This document shows, piece by piece, positions 1 to 8,997 of a stretch of 20,518 bases of DNA. Numbering within the stretch: the stretch's first letter is position 1; each line of letters starts with the position of its first letter. The stretch lies in IMG/VR virus record IMGVR_UViG_2740892214_000001, one strand, 5' to 3'. This DNA is from a virus. Lineage: Duplodnaviria; Heunggongvirae; Uroviricota; Caudoviricetes. The position numbers were made by a program, and so were the translations under genes. Under the pieces are notes generated by a model, which was given only the letters and a program-made list of their open reading frames with translations, made no database searches and was not told the DNA's origin.

Positions 1-1034
1 GCCGAGCAGAAATCACTGAGCACATCCCACGCCTTGCGCTGTGTGGTCAGGTACGCATTACAGGTGATGCGCAGCTCCGTGCCGCCAAAGCCGTCCGGCA
101 CTGACTGGTCGCAGTACTGGCCGATGACATACAGCGCCCATTTATCCACATCCGCCGCACCAAGACGTTTCCCCATGCCGTAGCGCGGATGGGTCAGCAT
201 ATCCCACAGACACCAGGCCATGTTGTTGCTGTATGCCGGTTTAAACGTTCCGTCCCAGATACCGCTGTATTGCCGCGTCTGCGGGTTATAGTTCGACGGC
301 ACCTGCAGAATGCGCCCGCGAAGATGATAATTACGGCTCACCTGCTGACTGCCGAACTGCTCCGAGTCCACCTGCACGCCGACCAGTGCCGTGTTCGGGT
401 AGCACTGTTTCACATCGATAATTTCGGTGTATGACGACCAGAGCGTTTTGTTCTGCAGCTGGTCTGTGGTGCTGTCCGGCGTCATCCTGCACATCCGGAT
501 ATTAAACGGGCGCGGCGGCAGGTTATCCACCACCACTGAGGCCAGATACTGCGACGTGGTTTTGCCCTTAATGGTGATGTCTTTTTCTGTCACCCAGCCA
601 CCATTACGCTGTATCTGAACCAGCAGGCGGACTTCCGACGGATTCCTGTCCCCCTTTGAGGTGGTTTCCACCAGTGCCTGCACACCGAAGGTAAAGCGCA
701 GACGGTCGATATTTGCAGACGTGATGGTCCGGGTGATCGGCGTGTCATATTTCACTTCCGTACCCAGCACCGTCTCGGAGCCGGAGGATTCAAATCCCTC
801 CGGCGGAGTCTGCTCCTGCTCACCTGCCCGGAACACCACCGTGACACCGGAGATGTTGGTATTCCCCTCAGTGTCCAGCACCGGCGTACTGTTCAGCAGC
901 ACGCTTTTTAATCCATCCACCGGACCTTCAATCGGCCCTTCACTGATGGCATCAATCACACTCAGCAACTGCGTGGATTTCAGGTTGTCCTTCGCTTCGC
1001 GCGGGGTATGCCCCTTACTGCTGCCTTTACCCAT
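1..1034 (-). CDS. J: Tail tip / central tail fiber protein J, N-terminal ~344 codons only; gene continues beyond window position 1
   Basis: Minus-strand ATG at 1032..1034; translation begins MGKGSSKGHTPREAKDNLKSTQLL and near position 1 reads NAYLTTQRKAWDVLSDFCS, both matching lambda J as recalled. Sampled codons (3..59) have no stop. Absent from the ORF track because no in-window stop. Confidence 0.9.
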   Translation of the reverse strand, partial: MGKGSSKGHTPREAKDNLKSTQLLSVIDAISEGPIEGPVDGLKSVLLNSTPVLDTEGNTNISGVTVVFRAGEQEQTPPEGFESSGSETVLGTEVKYDTPITRTITSANIDRLRFTFGVQALVETTSKGDRNPSEVRLLVQIQRNGGWVTEKDITIKGKTTSQYLASVVVDNLPPRPFNIRMCRMTPDSTTDQLQNKTLWSSYTEIIDVKQCYPNTALVGVQVDSEQFGSQQVSRNYHLRGRILQVPSNYNPQTRQYSGIWDGTFKPAYSNNMAWCLWDMLTHPRYGMGKRLGAADVDKWALYVIGQYCDQSVPDGFGGTELRITCNAYLTTQRKAWDVLSDFCS

Positions 1035-1094
1035 TCGTCATGCTCCATAAACGACAAAACCGCCCGGAGGCGGTTTCACATAAAACATTTTGCA

Positions 1095-1742
1095 TCAGCG
1101 ACCAATCACCACAACCTGACCACCGTCCCCTTCGTCTGCCGTGCTGATCTCCTGAGAAACCACCCGCGACCCCACACGCATTTCACCGTACAGAACAGGC
1201 AAAACATTGCCCTGAGCAACCATGTTATCCAGTGAGGAAAAATAGGTGTTCTGTTTGCCGTTATCTGTACTGGCTGCCGTGGACGTCCTGGCTTTCGGTG
1301 CCAGCATCTGCGCCACACCGCCCAGGATCATACTGGCCCCTGCCGCATACATGCCCGATACAGCCGCGGCACCCAGCCAGCCCACAGGGTTCCACCATGC
1401 CACCGCAATCAACGCCGCCCCCAGCACCACCTGAAATACACCGCCACTTTTAGCTCCCGCCAGACGCGGCACGATATGGATCACGGCACCATTTGCCAGC
1501 GGCTCATTAAGACGGGCAGATAATTCGGTTTCACCTGCATCACGCCCGGCAATGCGCACCTGATACCAGCCGTCATTCAGTTTCTGACGAAACGCCGGGA
1601 GCTGTGTGGCCAGCGCCCGGATGGCTTCGGCCCCCGTTTTCACACGAAGGTCGATGCGGCGGCCAAATCGTTGCAAATCCCCGTAAAGGCAGATGCGTGC
1701 CATGCCCGGTGACGCCAGAGGGAGTGTGTGCGTCGCTGCCAT
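1095..1742 (-). CDS. I: Tail assembly protein I
   Basis: 215-aa ORF starting MAATHTLPLASPGMARICLYGDLQRFGRR and ending VSQEISTADEGDGGQVVVIGR, matching lambda gpI as recalled; overlaps the 3' end of K by 103 nt, the same overlap I recall for lambda K/I. Confidence 0.9.
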   Translation of the reverse strand: MAATHTLPLASPGMARICLYGDLQRFGRRIDLRVKTGAEAIRALATQLPAFRQKLNDGWYQVRIAGRDAGETELSARLNEPLANGAVIHIVPRLAGAKSGGVFQVVLGAALIAVAWWNPVGWLGAAAVSGMYAAGASMILGGVAQMLAPKARTSTAASTDNGKQNTYFSSLDNMVAQGNVLPVLYGEMRVGSRVVSQEISTADEGDGGQVVVIGR

Positions 1743-2383
1743 TTGTCGGTATACCTCTCTCGTTTGCTCAGTTGTTCAGGAATATGGTGCAGCAGCTCGC
1801 CGTCACCACAGTAAATGGCGGCATGATTCGGCACCGATGAACCAAAACAGCACAGCAGCACATCGCCCGGCTGCGCCGCTGACAACGGCACCTGATACAG
1901 CCCTGTGGCCTCCAGATTATCCAGATAGAGATTCTGACCGTGACGCCACCAGTCATCCCCGCGATGAAAATCCTGCATCTCAATCCCCGCCAGATGATAA
2001 GCATCCCGGAACAGCGTGTAACAGTCCGTCACCCCGTGCTCAAAGCGCCGCCCGGTAAGATGCGGCACACTGCGGAATTTATGAATCTCACCCCGGCAGA
2101 CCAGCCACCAAGGCAAATCGCTCTGCACCTGCAGCCGCCTGTCAGCCTCACTCAGCCAGGGCAGACCACCGGGGTGGCTGTGGACCAGCGCCACAATCTC
2201 ACCCTGCATCTCTGCCCGCAGCCAGTCCTCCGGCGACATCCGGAAATACGCCTCCGGCTCACCGGAGATATTCACGCTGGGAAAATATCTTTCCCCCTCC
2301 GGCGTTCTCACCACGAAGCCGCACGATTCCGCTGGCGCACATCGCCGGGCGTGCGCCAGAATCGCTGATTCTGTCTGTGTCAT
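1640..2383 (-). CDS. K: Tail tip assembly protein K (JAMM/MPN metalloprotease-like N-terminal domain plus NlpC/P60-like C-terminal domain)
   Basis: Start trimmed from track ORF to ATG 2381..2383 (MTQTESAILAHARR), 4 nt after the L stop. Contains E-x(n)-HSHPGGLPWLSEAD (JAMM-type motif) and a downstream Cys-containing DCYTLFRDAYH segment. Gene order L-K-I as in lambda. Confidence 0.85.
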   Translation of the reverse strand: MTQTESAILAHARRCAPAESCGFVVRTPEGERYFPSVNISGEPEAYFRMSPEDWLRAEMQGEIVALVHSHPGGLPWLSEADRRLQVQSDLPWWLVCRGEIHKFRSVPHLTGRRFEHGVTDCYTLFRDAYHLAGIEMQDFHRGDDWWRHGQNLYLDNLEATGLYQVPLSAAQPGDVLLCCFGSSVPNHAAIYCGDGELLHHIPEQLSKRERYTDKWQRRTHSLWRHRAWHASAFTGICNDLAAASTFV

Positions 2384-2387
2384 GGGA

Positions 2388-3086
2388 TTACTGCGAAAGT
2401 TTGTTAATGGAAAGGAAGCCGCCAAAGTTGCCGACGTTATTGCGAAACTTACAACCACTCAGGCATTTGCTGCATTTATCCTTCGTGATATCGGACGTCG
2501 GCTGGTCATATTCATCAGCGACAGCCGGACCGCTATAACCGCACTCATCACCGCGATAGGTCCAGGTGCAGGTGTTGGCCAGCATGATGCGCCCCGGAAA
2601 AACAGCACCATCCGTTTCCGTCGGTGTGGAGAGCACAAAGGAGGCACTGACCGCACTCAGTTCGCTACACTGCTCGATGCGCCAGCGGCTGATCACCTCC
2701 TGCTCCGGATCGGCGTCGCTGTTTCCGTTGACGAAGTTCACCGCATCCAGAAAACGGGCGTAAACCTTACGCCTGACCACCGTTCCGCCGACCAGACTCT
2801 GCAGGTCTTCCGCCATCCCGGTGACCATGCCGTGCAGGTTAGAGACCGTCAGTGTCGGACGGGCAGCACTGCCCTTACCGTTCAGTTCAAATCCCGTCCC
2901 CTGAATGGGGTATGCCTGATACTGCCGCCCCTGCCAGGTGACCGGCTCACCTTTTTCGTTCTGCTCATTACAGAAAAAATAACGTTCACCACCGACCTCT
3001 GTCAGATCGATTTCCCAGAGCACCACCTGGGCTGACTGAGTAAGGCGTGTCGTCTCATGATGTGTTTCCTGTGGAATATCCTGCAT
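2388..3086 (-). CDS. L: Minor tail protein L
   Basis: 232-aa ORF, near-identical over most of its length to lambda gpL as recalled (MQDI.QET...VVLWEIDLTEVGGERYFFCNEQNEKGEPVTWQGRQYQ...); same length as lambda L. Confidence 0.95.
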   Translation of the reverse strand: MQDIPQETHHETTRLTQSAQVVLWEIDLTEVGGERYFFCNEQNEKGEPVTWQGRQYQAYPIQGTGFELNGKGSAARPTLTVSNLHGMVTGMAEDLQSLVGGTVVRRKVYARFLDAVNFVNGNSDADPEQEVISRWRIEQCSELSAVSASFVLSTPTETDGAVFPGRIMLANTCTWTYRGDECGYSGPAVADEYDQPTSDITKDKCSKCLSGCKFRNNVGNFGGFLSINKLSQ

Positions 3087-3095
3087 CAGGGCCTC

Positions 3096-3425
3096 CTATG
3101 CCACGACCTGTTCAAAATCTGCCGTTATGGTTACCCACAGCGCCCCCACGCTTGCCGACCATTTACGACAAACCACCCTGATCGGCTTCCAGTCATAAGG
3201 TGGCGTCCACTGAAATGCGCGGACGCCACCGTGCCGTTCCAGAAAGGCTTTCAAAGATGGGTGTTCACATTTACGAACACGTATCGTCACGCTGTAAGTC
3301 GACAACTGGTTATTCAGTCCCGCCGCACGACGCTGTTCATAACCATCGCCCAGCTTCACTGTCACCACTTTCGGCTCTGATACCACATTCATATCCGGGC
3401 GCACTTTCCAGTGAAACGTCTCCAT
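3096..3425 (-). CDS. M: Minor tail protein M
   Basis: 109-aa ORF METFHWKVRPDM...GDGYEQRRAAGLN...FQWTPPYDWKPIRVVCRKWS...FEQVV, lambda gpM-like; start ATG shares one base with the H stop (TAATG). Confidence 0.9.
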   Translation of the reverse strand: METFHWKVRPDMNVVSEPKVVTVKLGDGYEQRRAAGLNNQLSTYSVTIRVRKCEHPSLKAFLERHGGVRAFQWTPPYDWKPIRVVCRKWSASVGALWVTITADFEQVVA

Positions 3426-6400
3426 TACCGATATGCTCCACTTAACCGACCACCATCACGGGCCTGCTGTTGCATAAAGTCCGCTGCCGCTTTTTTCCCG
3501 AGGTCATAAACCACCTTCAGGGCAGCCGGACCTATCTGCCCGTTCGTGCCATCGTTATTGATCTCGATGTTGTACTGCGGGGCAAACATCGCCATACCTG
3601 AACCACCAATATCCGCCACAACCCCCAGCTTACCGTCAGCACCACGACGCAGAGGCAGAATGGCTTCAGGCCCAGCTTCCCCCATCACACCTGCACCTTT
3701 TGCAAAAGCAAAAAACGTCGGACGGTTAACCACCGTGCCACTGTAGCGACTCAAATCAGCAGACTGATAAACACCACCATCAGCATTGGGCGTCACACTG
3801 GCAGTTGCTGCACTCCCCCAGCCAAACGCCGAACCAATCCCCTTAACTGCCTGCATCATGGACATCTGAGCCATGATTTTTGCCAGATCAGAAAGGAGCG
3901 AGGCGGTAAAAGATTTGAAGTTCAGTTTTCCGGTGGTACAGAATGTTGCCAGTGCATTACCTGCACTATTAAATGCCGCTGTAAGCATCTGCTCCGCAGT
4001 GCCTGCCGCATTATCCGCATCTGCCGTGAAATTCTGAAACGCCCGCATGGCACCGTTTTTCCAGTTACCCTGAGCAATTTCAAGCTGTTGCCAGTAACGG
4101 CGATTCTCATTCAGTTGCCTGTTCAGGCTCTCCGTCAGCGCCTGCTCGGCCTTTCTGTAGTCATCCGTGTTATATGTCCCTTTCTGCTCACTATCCCGCC
4201 TCAACTGCTCCAGCTGTTGCTGGTATTTCTGGCGAAGGCTCAGTTGTACCTGATATCGCTGCCGCTGCTGATCACCCATACCCACCGTGGCGATATCCAG
4301 GTCATGTTGCTGACGCTGAGCGCGCTCTTCTTCAGCCAGTTGACTGGTCAGCTGAATTGTTTTTTTCTTCAGATCGTTGAGTGCCGTCTGTTTCTGAAGC
4401 TCCTGCTGTTTTACATCCAGCAGCGTCAGTGCCTGAATCAGTTCATCTTTACGGGCCAGCACACTCTTTTCATCTGCCGTCAGTTTTTTCCCGTCCAGGT
4501 CGCTGATGCGCTGCTGCAGAGCCAGAAGCTGTTTATGCGCTTCTGTCATCCTGTCAGTGGCAATGCCTGCTGACTGTCTGGCAGCAGCAATCTGCCCTTC
4601 CACCTGTGCCTGTTGCTGGCTGTACTGCAGCAATAACCGGGTGGCCTCATCATTACGGGTTTCGCGTGTTTTTTTCTTACCGGATGCCAGGGCTTTCTCG
4701 TAACGTTCATTTTCACGTTGTATCGCCGCATCCCTGACAGCCTGATCGGCGTACTGCATGGCATTAATACGCGCAATTTCACGCTGATGTCGTGCTGCTT
4801 CCGTTTCATTCATCCGGTTCAGTGCAGCATTTTCAGCATTACGGCGTTTCTGTTGCTCCTGATAATTCCGCTCTGCCTGCTCTTTTGCATCCTGCAAATC
4901 CTTCTGGCGTTTTTTCTCCTGAAGCTCGTTAAGACGCTGCTGATCGTATTCAACCTGAGAAGATGATGCCGTCCAGGGGAGTCTTTTCGCCCGCGATACT
5001 TTCTCCTGCAAAGTGGCAATCTGCGCATCCAGCGAATCTTCACGACCAATATTCATGGCCGCATCCCAGAACTGCTTCCACCAGTCAGACAAGGTTTGCA
5101 GCGTACTACCCAGCGCATTGAGGTTATTATCAATATCCGCAGTACGCCGACCGGTTTCCTCTGCCAGTGCAAACATGGCTATCCGTGCCGCATCACTGGA
5201 GCGCCCCTGCTCTCCAAGGACGCGTATCTGCTCAAGCTGAGTGGCAGTAAGAAAATGCAGCTCATTGTCCAGAGCCTTCGCGGCATTTACAGGATCATCC
5301 TTCAGCCGCTTAAACTGATTTATGGTATCGCTGATCGACTGGCCAACCGATCGCTCCATCTGTGCGGCAGCTCTCGCCACCATACCGATATCGTTTCCAC
5401 GAAATGCACCACTCCCCACCACCTGAGCCAGCGCACCGGCTGCAGCATGTTGCGTGATACCATTCCCGGAAATAGCACGACTGAGCGTCCACAGCTGCCC
5501 GGCAGTGACTCCGGCATAATGCCCCGTCAGCGACAGCTGGCGGTTAAATTCTTCCCCCTCCTTCTGACCGTCATACCAGGCTTTACCCAGACCATAGACG
5601 GCCGCGGTAATACCGCCAATAACCCCGCCCAGCATCATGCCTTTCGGTGACATCAGTGTGTCTATCCATCCGGCACGGTTAGCCAGCGTTATCCCGGATC
5701 CCCTCAGCGCCCCTAAATTGCCGCGGGCCAGTTCACCTATCAGAACGCCTATCTCCTGGCGGGCCGCTGCACTTTTCAGACCCAGCGAATGCGTGGCTTT
5801 TCCTGCCCGCTCCATTTTGCGGATATACACTTCTGCAGCACTGCTTACCCCCAGCTGGGCAGCCCTGGCACGAAGCAACTCAGAAGAAGAAAGATTCTGG
5901 CGGGTTGCCTGCTCTTTAAGCTGACGGATAAACGCCACTTTCTGTCGGGTAGCCTCTGCCTCAGCCTGCGTAAGAACACGGGTTTTCGCCGTAACCTCAG
6001 AAATCAGCGCCAGATAATCCTGCTGACCAATCCCGCCACTGTTTCTGGCCTGTCGGATCTGCTGCTGAATACGCTGTAACTCCTGCAACCCCGCACTGGC
6101 CTGTTTCACACTGTCAATCTGACGATAAAACGCGGCAGCCGCTTTATCCTGAGCCTCCGCCAGAGCCATGGCCTGTGCCTGTTCCTCGCGCATTTTCTGG
6201 CTCAGTGCCTCCATACGCTGGCGGGTTTGCTCCACCTCGCGGGCCATGCGTTCATGAGCCTGTGCGCTCTTCTCCACCGTCTGCGCATGGACGGATGCGG
6301 CTGTTGCAGCCGAAGAAGCCGCCTGCATTGTCTGCCGGGCGGCCTGAGTCTGACGCTCCATAAAACGCTGCATACGGGCAGAAGACCGTTCTGCATCGCT

Positions 6401-6499
6401 GGCTGCACCATTCAGAAGGTTTTTGATACGGGGAATTTCATTTTTAAACTCTGCCGCATCAATCCCCAAATCAATGACCAGGTTGGCTATCTGGTCCAT
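3425..6499 (-). CDS. H: Tail length tape measure protein (about 1024 aa)
   Basis: Start trimmed to ATG 6497..6499 (MDQIANLVIDLGIDAAEF, aligns with lambda H N-terminus) with GGAGG 7 nt upstream. C-terminus NNDGTNGQIGPAALKVVYD matches the lambda gpH C-terminus; long Q/A/E/R-rich presumably helical central region. Confidence 0.9.
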   Translation of the reverse strand: MDQIANLVIDLGIDAAEFKNEIPRIKNLLNGAASDAERSSARMQRFMERQTQAARQTMQAASSAATAASVHAQTVEKSAQAHERMAREVEQTRQRMEALSQKMREEQAQAMALAEAQDKAAAAFYRQIDSVKQASAGLQELQRIQQQIRQARNSGGIGQQDYLALISEVTAKTRVLTQAEAEATRQKVAFIRQLKEQATRQNLSSSELLRARAAQLGVSSAAEVYIRKMERAGKATHSLGLKSAAARQEIGVLIGELARGNLGALRGSGITLANRAGWIDTLMSPKGMMLGGVIGGITAAVYGLGKAWYDGQKEGEEFNRQLSLTGHYAGVTAGQLWTLSRAISGNGITQHAAAGALAQVVGSGAFRGNDIGMVARAAAQMERSVGQSISDTINQFKRLKDDPVNAAKALDNELHFLTATQLEQIRVLGEQGRSSDAARIAMFALAEETGRRTADIDNNLNALGSTLQTLSDWWKQFWDAAMNIGREDSLDAQIATLQEKVSRAKRLPWTASSSQVEYDQQRLNELQEKKRQKDLQDAKEQAERNYQEQQKRRNAENAALNRMNETEAARHQREIARINAMQYADQAVRDAAIQRENERYEKALASGKKKTRETRNDEATRLLLQYSQQQAQVEGQIAAARQSAGIATDRMTEAHKQLLALQQRISDLDGKKLTADEKSVLARKDELIQALTLLDVKQQELQKQTALNDLKKKTIQLTSQLAEEERAQRQQHDLDIATVGMGDQQRQRYQVQLSLRQKYQQQLEQLRRDSEQKGTYNTDDYRKAEQALTESLNRQLNENRRYWQQLEIAQGNWKNGAMRAFQNFTADADNAAGTAEQMLTAAFNSAGNALATFCTTGKLNFKSFTASLLSDLAKIMAQMSMMQAVKGIGSAFGWGSAATASVTPNADGGVYQSADLSRYSGTVVNRPTFFAFAKGAGVMGEAGPEAILPLRRGADGKLGVVADIGGSGMAMFAPQYNIEINNDGTNGQIGPAALKVVYDLGKKAAADFMQQQARDGGRLSGAYR

Positions 6500-7195
6500 A
6501 ACGCACACCTCCGGAAATACCTTCCCCAAGATGCATCAGTTCTTCGTCCGTTCGCTCCGGTATCCCGTTCTCTTCCGGTAAAAGGCTGAAATCAGCCACC
6601 GCAGCATCACTGCTGCCGGACACCATTCTCACGATCAATGCCTTCAGCGAGGCAAACTGCGCATCCATCCACACATCACTGAAGCTCTGCATCCGGAAAT
6701 AATCGCCCCACTCACCAAGCTCAGTGGCCGACATTTCCGACAGCATCCGCCGCCAGTCTGCCCGCCGGAACTCCCGGGCAAGCCGCATGACAAACTGCAT
6801 TTCCCGCGTCAGGACTTTTCCGGCGTCAGCACCTCATGCTCCAAATCCCCGGCATTCTCAATGGCTCCCATACCGCTCAGCGACAGAACCATCTCCGCCC
6901 CCGCTCCCAGGGCATCATACGACCATGTTGTAATAACGGATGCGCAAAGCGTCTCAACATCCTGAGACTGTTCCGCATTCCACAGTGAGCGGGAAACTAG
7001 CCAGGCATTGATATCCATCCCCATCCGCAGAAAAGCAATCTGTCGTTCAGCCTCCGGCAGTTCTCCCTCTTCGGCATCAAACTTTGCCGTTCGCTGCTGA
7101 ACAAACGCCAGATATTCAATTCTCTGCAGCCCGGACAGCTCACTGAGCACCACGGACTGCTTTTCATAATTAAACGTGCCCTGTTTCAGAAACAT
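6471..7195 (-). CDS. T: Tail assembly chaperone GT fusion made by programmed -1 ribosomal frameshift near the end of G (T segment 6471..about 6818)
   Basis: ORF 6471..6800 (REFRRADWRRMLSEMSATELGEWG...GISGGVRYG) matches lambda gpT and lies in the -1 frame relative to G. The T frame is open only from 6833 downward and G stops at 6809, so the shift must occur in that interval; the only slippery candidate is GGAAAAG at 6815..6821. Confidence 0.6.
6809..7195 (-). CDS. G: Tail assembly chaperone G
   Basis: MFLKQGTFNYEKQSVVLSELSGLQRIEYLA resembles lambda gpG (MFLK...LSELSALQRIEHLA). Start at second ATG of an ATGATG pair (alternative 7198); GGTGGAG SD just upstream. Track ORF N-terminal extension overlaps the upstream hairpin and is rejected. 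Confidence 0.85.
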   Translation of the reverse strand: MFLKQGTFNYEKQSVVLSELSGLQRIEYLAFVQQRTAKFDAEEGELPEAERQIAFLRMGMDINAWLVSRSLWNAEQSQDVETLCASVITTWSYDALGAGAEMVLSLSGMGAIENAGDLEHEVLTPEKS

Positions 7196-7211
7196 CATGT
7201 TCTCCACCTGC

Positions 7212-7235
7212 AAAAAAGCCCCGGATAATCGGGGC
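7212..7235 (-). terminator. Intrinsic terminator-like hairpin between V and G (minus strand)
   Basis: Minus strand reads GCCCCG-AUUAUC-CGGGGC followed by UUUUUUG, 6-bp GC stem; lies between V stop (7256) and the G SD/ATG. Confidence 0.5.
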
Positions 7236-7255
7236 AAATGATGAGTATCGTCCTG

Positions 7256-7999
7256 TTAACCTGCGGCGCTGACGGCCACCGTAGCCACTGCCACAAAATC
7301 GCCGTCAGAAGTCATGCCCACAATGCTGACACTGCCCTGCTTCACGCCTTTCACCGTGGCCACAAGCCCGTTCAGGGTCACCGTGGCAGTCTGTGGATCT
7401 GTCGAATGCACACTGATCGCTTTGTCACTGGCTCCGTCAGGTTTTACTGTAAAGGTCAGCGTGGTGGTTGCTCCCACTTTTACACTGGCAGATGCCGGTG
7501 CCACCGTCAGCCCGGTAACGCCCACGGTTTCAGTGCCTTCTTCTGCCAGATACGGACGCCCCACACCGCTGATTTTCACTGTGCGGGTCATCACGTCTTT
7601 TGAGGCAATGGTTTTACCCAGTGAACTCAGCCAGCCACGGAAAACATCAACAGTACCGTTGGGATATTTGATACGAAACGCGCAGACTTCACCGGAGTCG
7701 AACAACTGAACCAGTTTTTTCTGCCCGCTGTCACCCGGACGCCAGGCCAGCGTCGCCGAAGTATCACCGACGGATTTCTGCCCCTGGGTTGTCGTTTTCC
7801 AGTCTGCATCTTCATCATCGAGATAAGTGTCATCTTCTGCATCAGCGGTCATTTCGCCAGGCTGCAGATCCTTCACCATCGCAAGACGCAGCCAGTCAGT
7901 GTCCGATAAAGGGTTCGCAAACGCATCGCCCTTGCCGGTGTACATCCAGAACGTCGTTCCCGCACCTTTCGTTTTTGCCAGTGGATTTGGTGTGGTCAT
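7256..7999 (-). CDS. V: Major tail (tube) protein V with C-terminal Ig-like region
   Basis: Start trimmed to ATG 7997..7999 (MTTPNPLAKTKGAGTTFW) with AAGGAGGTG SD; strong match to lambda gpV (..GDTS.TLAW.PG...NGTVDVFRGW.SS.GK..). C-terminal ~90 aa Thr/Val/Ser-rich, as in the lambda gpV Ig-like extension. Confidence 0.9.
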   Translation of the reverse strand: MTTPNPLAKTKGAGTTFWMYTGKGDAFANPLSDTDWLRLAMVKDLQPGEMTADAEDDTYLDDEDADWKTTTQGQKSVGDTSATLAWRPGDSGQKKLVQLFDSGEVCAFRIKYPNGTVDVFRGWLSSLGKTIASKDVMTRTVKISGVGRPYLAEEGTETVGVTGLTVAPASASVKVGATTTLTFTVKPDGASDKAISVHSTDPQTATVTLNGLVATVKGVKQGSVSIVGMTSDGDFVAVATVAVSAAG

Positions 8000-8009
8000 T
8001 GCCACCTCC

Positions 8010-8411
8010 TTAATTCGTGTACGTGATCTGGTACGTGATTTCCGCCATCGCCCAGGTGGCCATCTCATTATCACGTTGATAGTTAAAACCGAGTGGGATC
8101 AGGGTGTCGATGAGTCCGGAAAGTGCCGGTACATCATTCAGGGCCGGGAAAATGGTGCTCTCCATCCACATATCCAGCTCTGAATCCGGTGCCTGTGCCC
8201 GGATGAAGACGGCAATATGCAGAACAGCCTGCCAGTCATCTTCATCCGTCATTTTTCCGGTGTACTGAGCATCACTCAGCCACACCGCCACGGCAGGCAG
8301 TTCCTGCGCATCAATAAATGCCGGAAGCCCGTCAAAAAATGTGGCGCTGTCTCCACACTGTTCCCGAAGGCGTGCCAGTACGGCCTGGCGGATTTGTGTA
8401 TGTCGGTTCAT
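8010..8411 (-). CDS. U: Tail terminator protein U
   Basis: MNRHTQIRQAVLARL...ATFFDG.PA..D....PAVAV.L..A.YTG...D.D.WQA.LHI.VF..AQ.PDSELD.WMES matches lambda gpU. Start chosen at ATG 8409..8411, which overlaps the Z stop (ATGA); alternative start 8423. Confidence 0.85.
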   Translation of the reverse strand: MNRHTQIRQAVLARLREQCGDSATFFDGLPAFIDAQELPAVAVWLSDAQYTGKMTDEDDWQAVLHIAVFIRAQAPDSELDMWMESTIFPALNDVPALSGLIDTLIPLGFNYQRDNEMATWAMAEITYQITYTN

Positions 8412-8986
8412 CGGGTCAGCCATAACCTCAGTTGTTGTTTCAGTGCATACCCCAGCTGTTTCGGCATTTCCGCAGCAATGATGCGATCGCGGGCATCTTC
8501 AAATGCCTGTGTCAGCGGTCCGGACAGCGGGATTTTCACCACATCAATGGGGTAACGATTTTTGCCATCAATACGCCGCATCACATGCCAGCGACCATTC
8601 GCCAGTTGCTGAATAAACGCATCCCGGAAAAGATATTTACCCACCTTCAGCACGCTGCCACGGTACTGCAGTTTTCCACCACGCCGGGCCAGTCTGACCC
8701 GGGCTGTCCCCAGCTTAATGGCGGGCAGATTGCCCCGGTTAACGCGGATCCTGGCCGTCATTTTTCCTGACGGACTGGCTTTAAACACCCGGACACGCTG
8801 ACGTACCAGTTTCAGGGGGATCCCTTTCACCTGGTTATCTCCCGCAACGGTATTCCCGGCAACCTGCCGGGTGGCAACCGAGACCGCTTTCTGTGCCACA
8901 CGGTTTATCGCCCATGCGCTGGCCTGTGGCACCATACGGGTATCAAGGCTGTTCAGATTGCGGATGGCATTCTCAAGCCCCTTCAT
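8408..8986 (-). CDS. Z: Minor tail protein Z (tail completion)
   Basis: 192-aa ORF, same length as I recall for lambda gpZ, in the conserved position between the head-completion genes and U. The assignment rests on length and synteny; I did not align it residue by residue against lambda Z. Confidence 0.75.
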   Translation of the reverse strand: MKGLENAIRNLNSLDTRMVPQASAWAINRVAQKAVSVATRQVAGNTVAGDNQVKGIPLKLVRQRVRVFKASPSGKMTARIRVNRGNLPAIKLGTARVRLARRGGKLQYRGSVLKVGKYLFRDAFIQQLANGRWHVMRRIDGKNRYPIDVVKIPLSGPLTQAFEDARDRIIAAEMPKQLGYALKQQLRLWLTR

Positions 8987-8997
8987 CCCACACCTCT

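Noticed and set aside
189-1050. Plus-strand ORFs 189..434, 427..618 and 661..1050 (63-129 aa)
   Set aside because: They lie antisense to the J coding region, whose minus-strand translation matches lambda J; shadow ORFs in a GC-rich gene.
2382-3035. Plus-strand 217-aa ORF
   Set aside because: Fully antisense to minor tail gene L, which is near-identical to lambda L.
4088-5650. Several plus-strand ORFs (161 aa at 4088..4573, 184 aa at 5096..5650) and short minus-strand ORFs inside the tape measure region
   Set aside because: Embedded in or antisense to the 1024-aa tape measure gene; low-complexity translations with no SD context.
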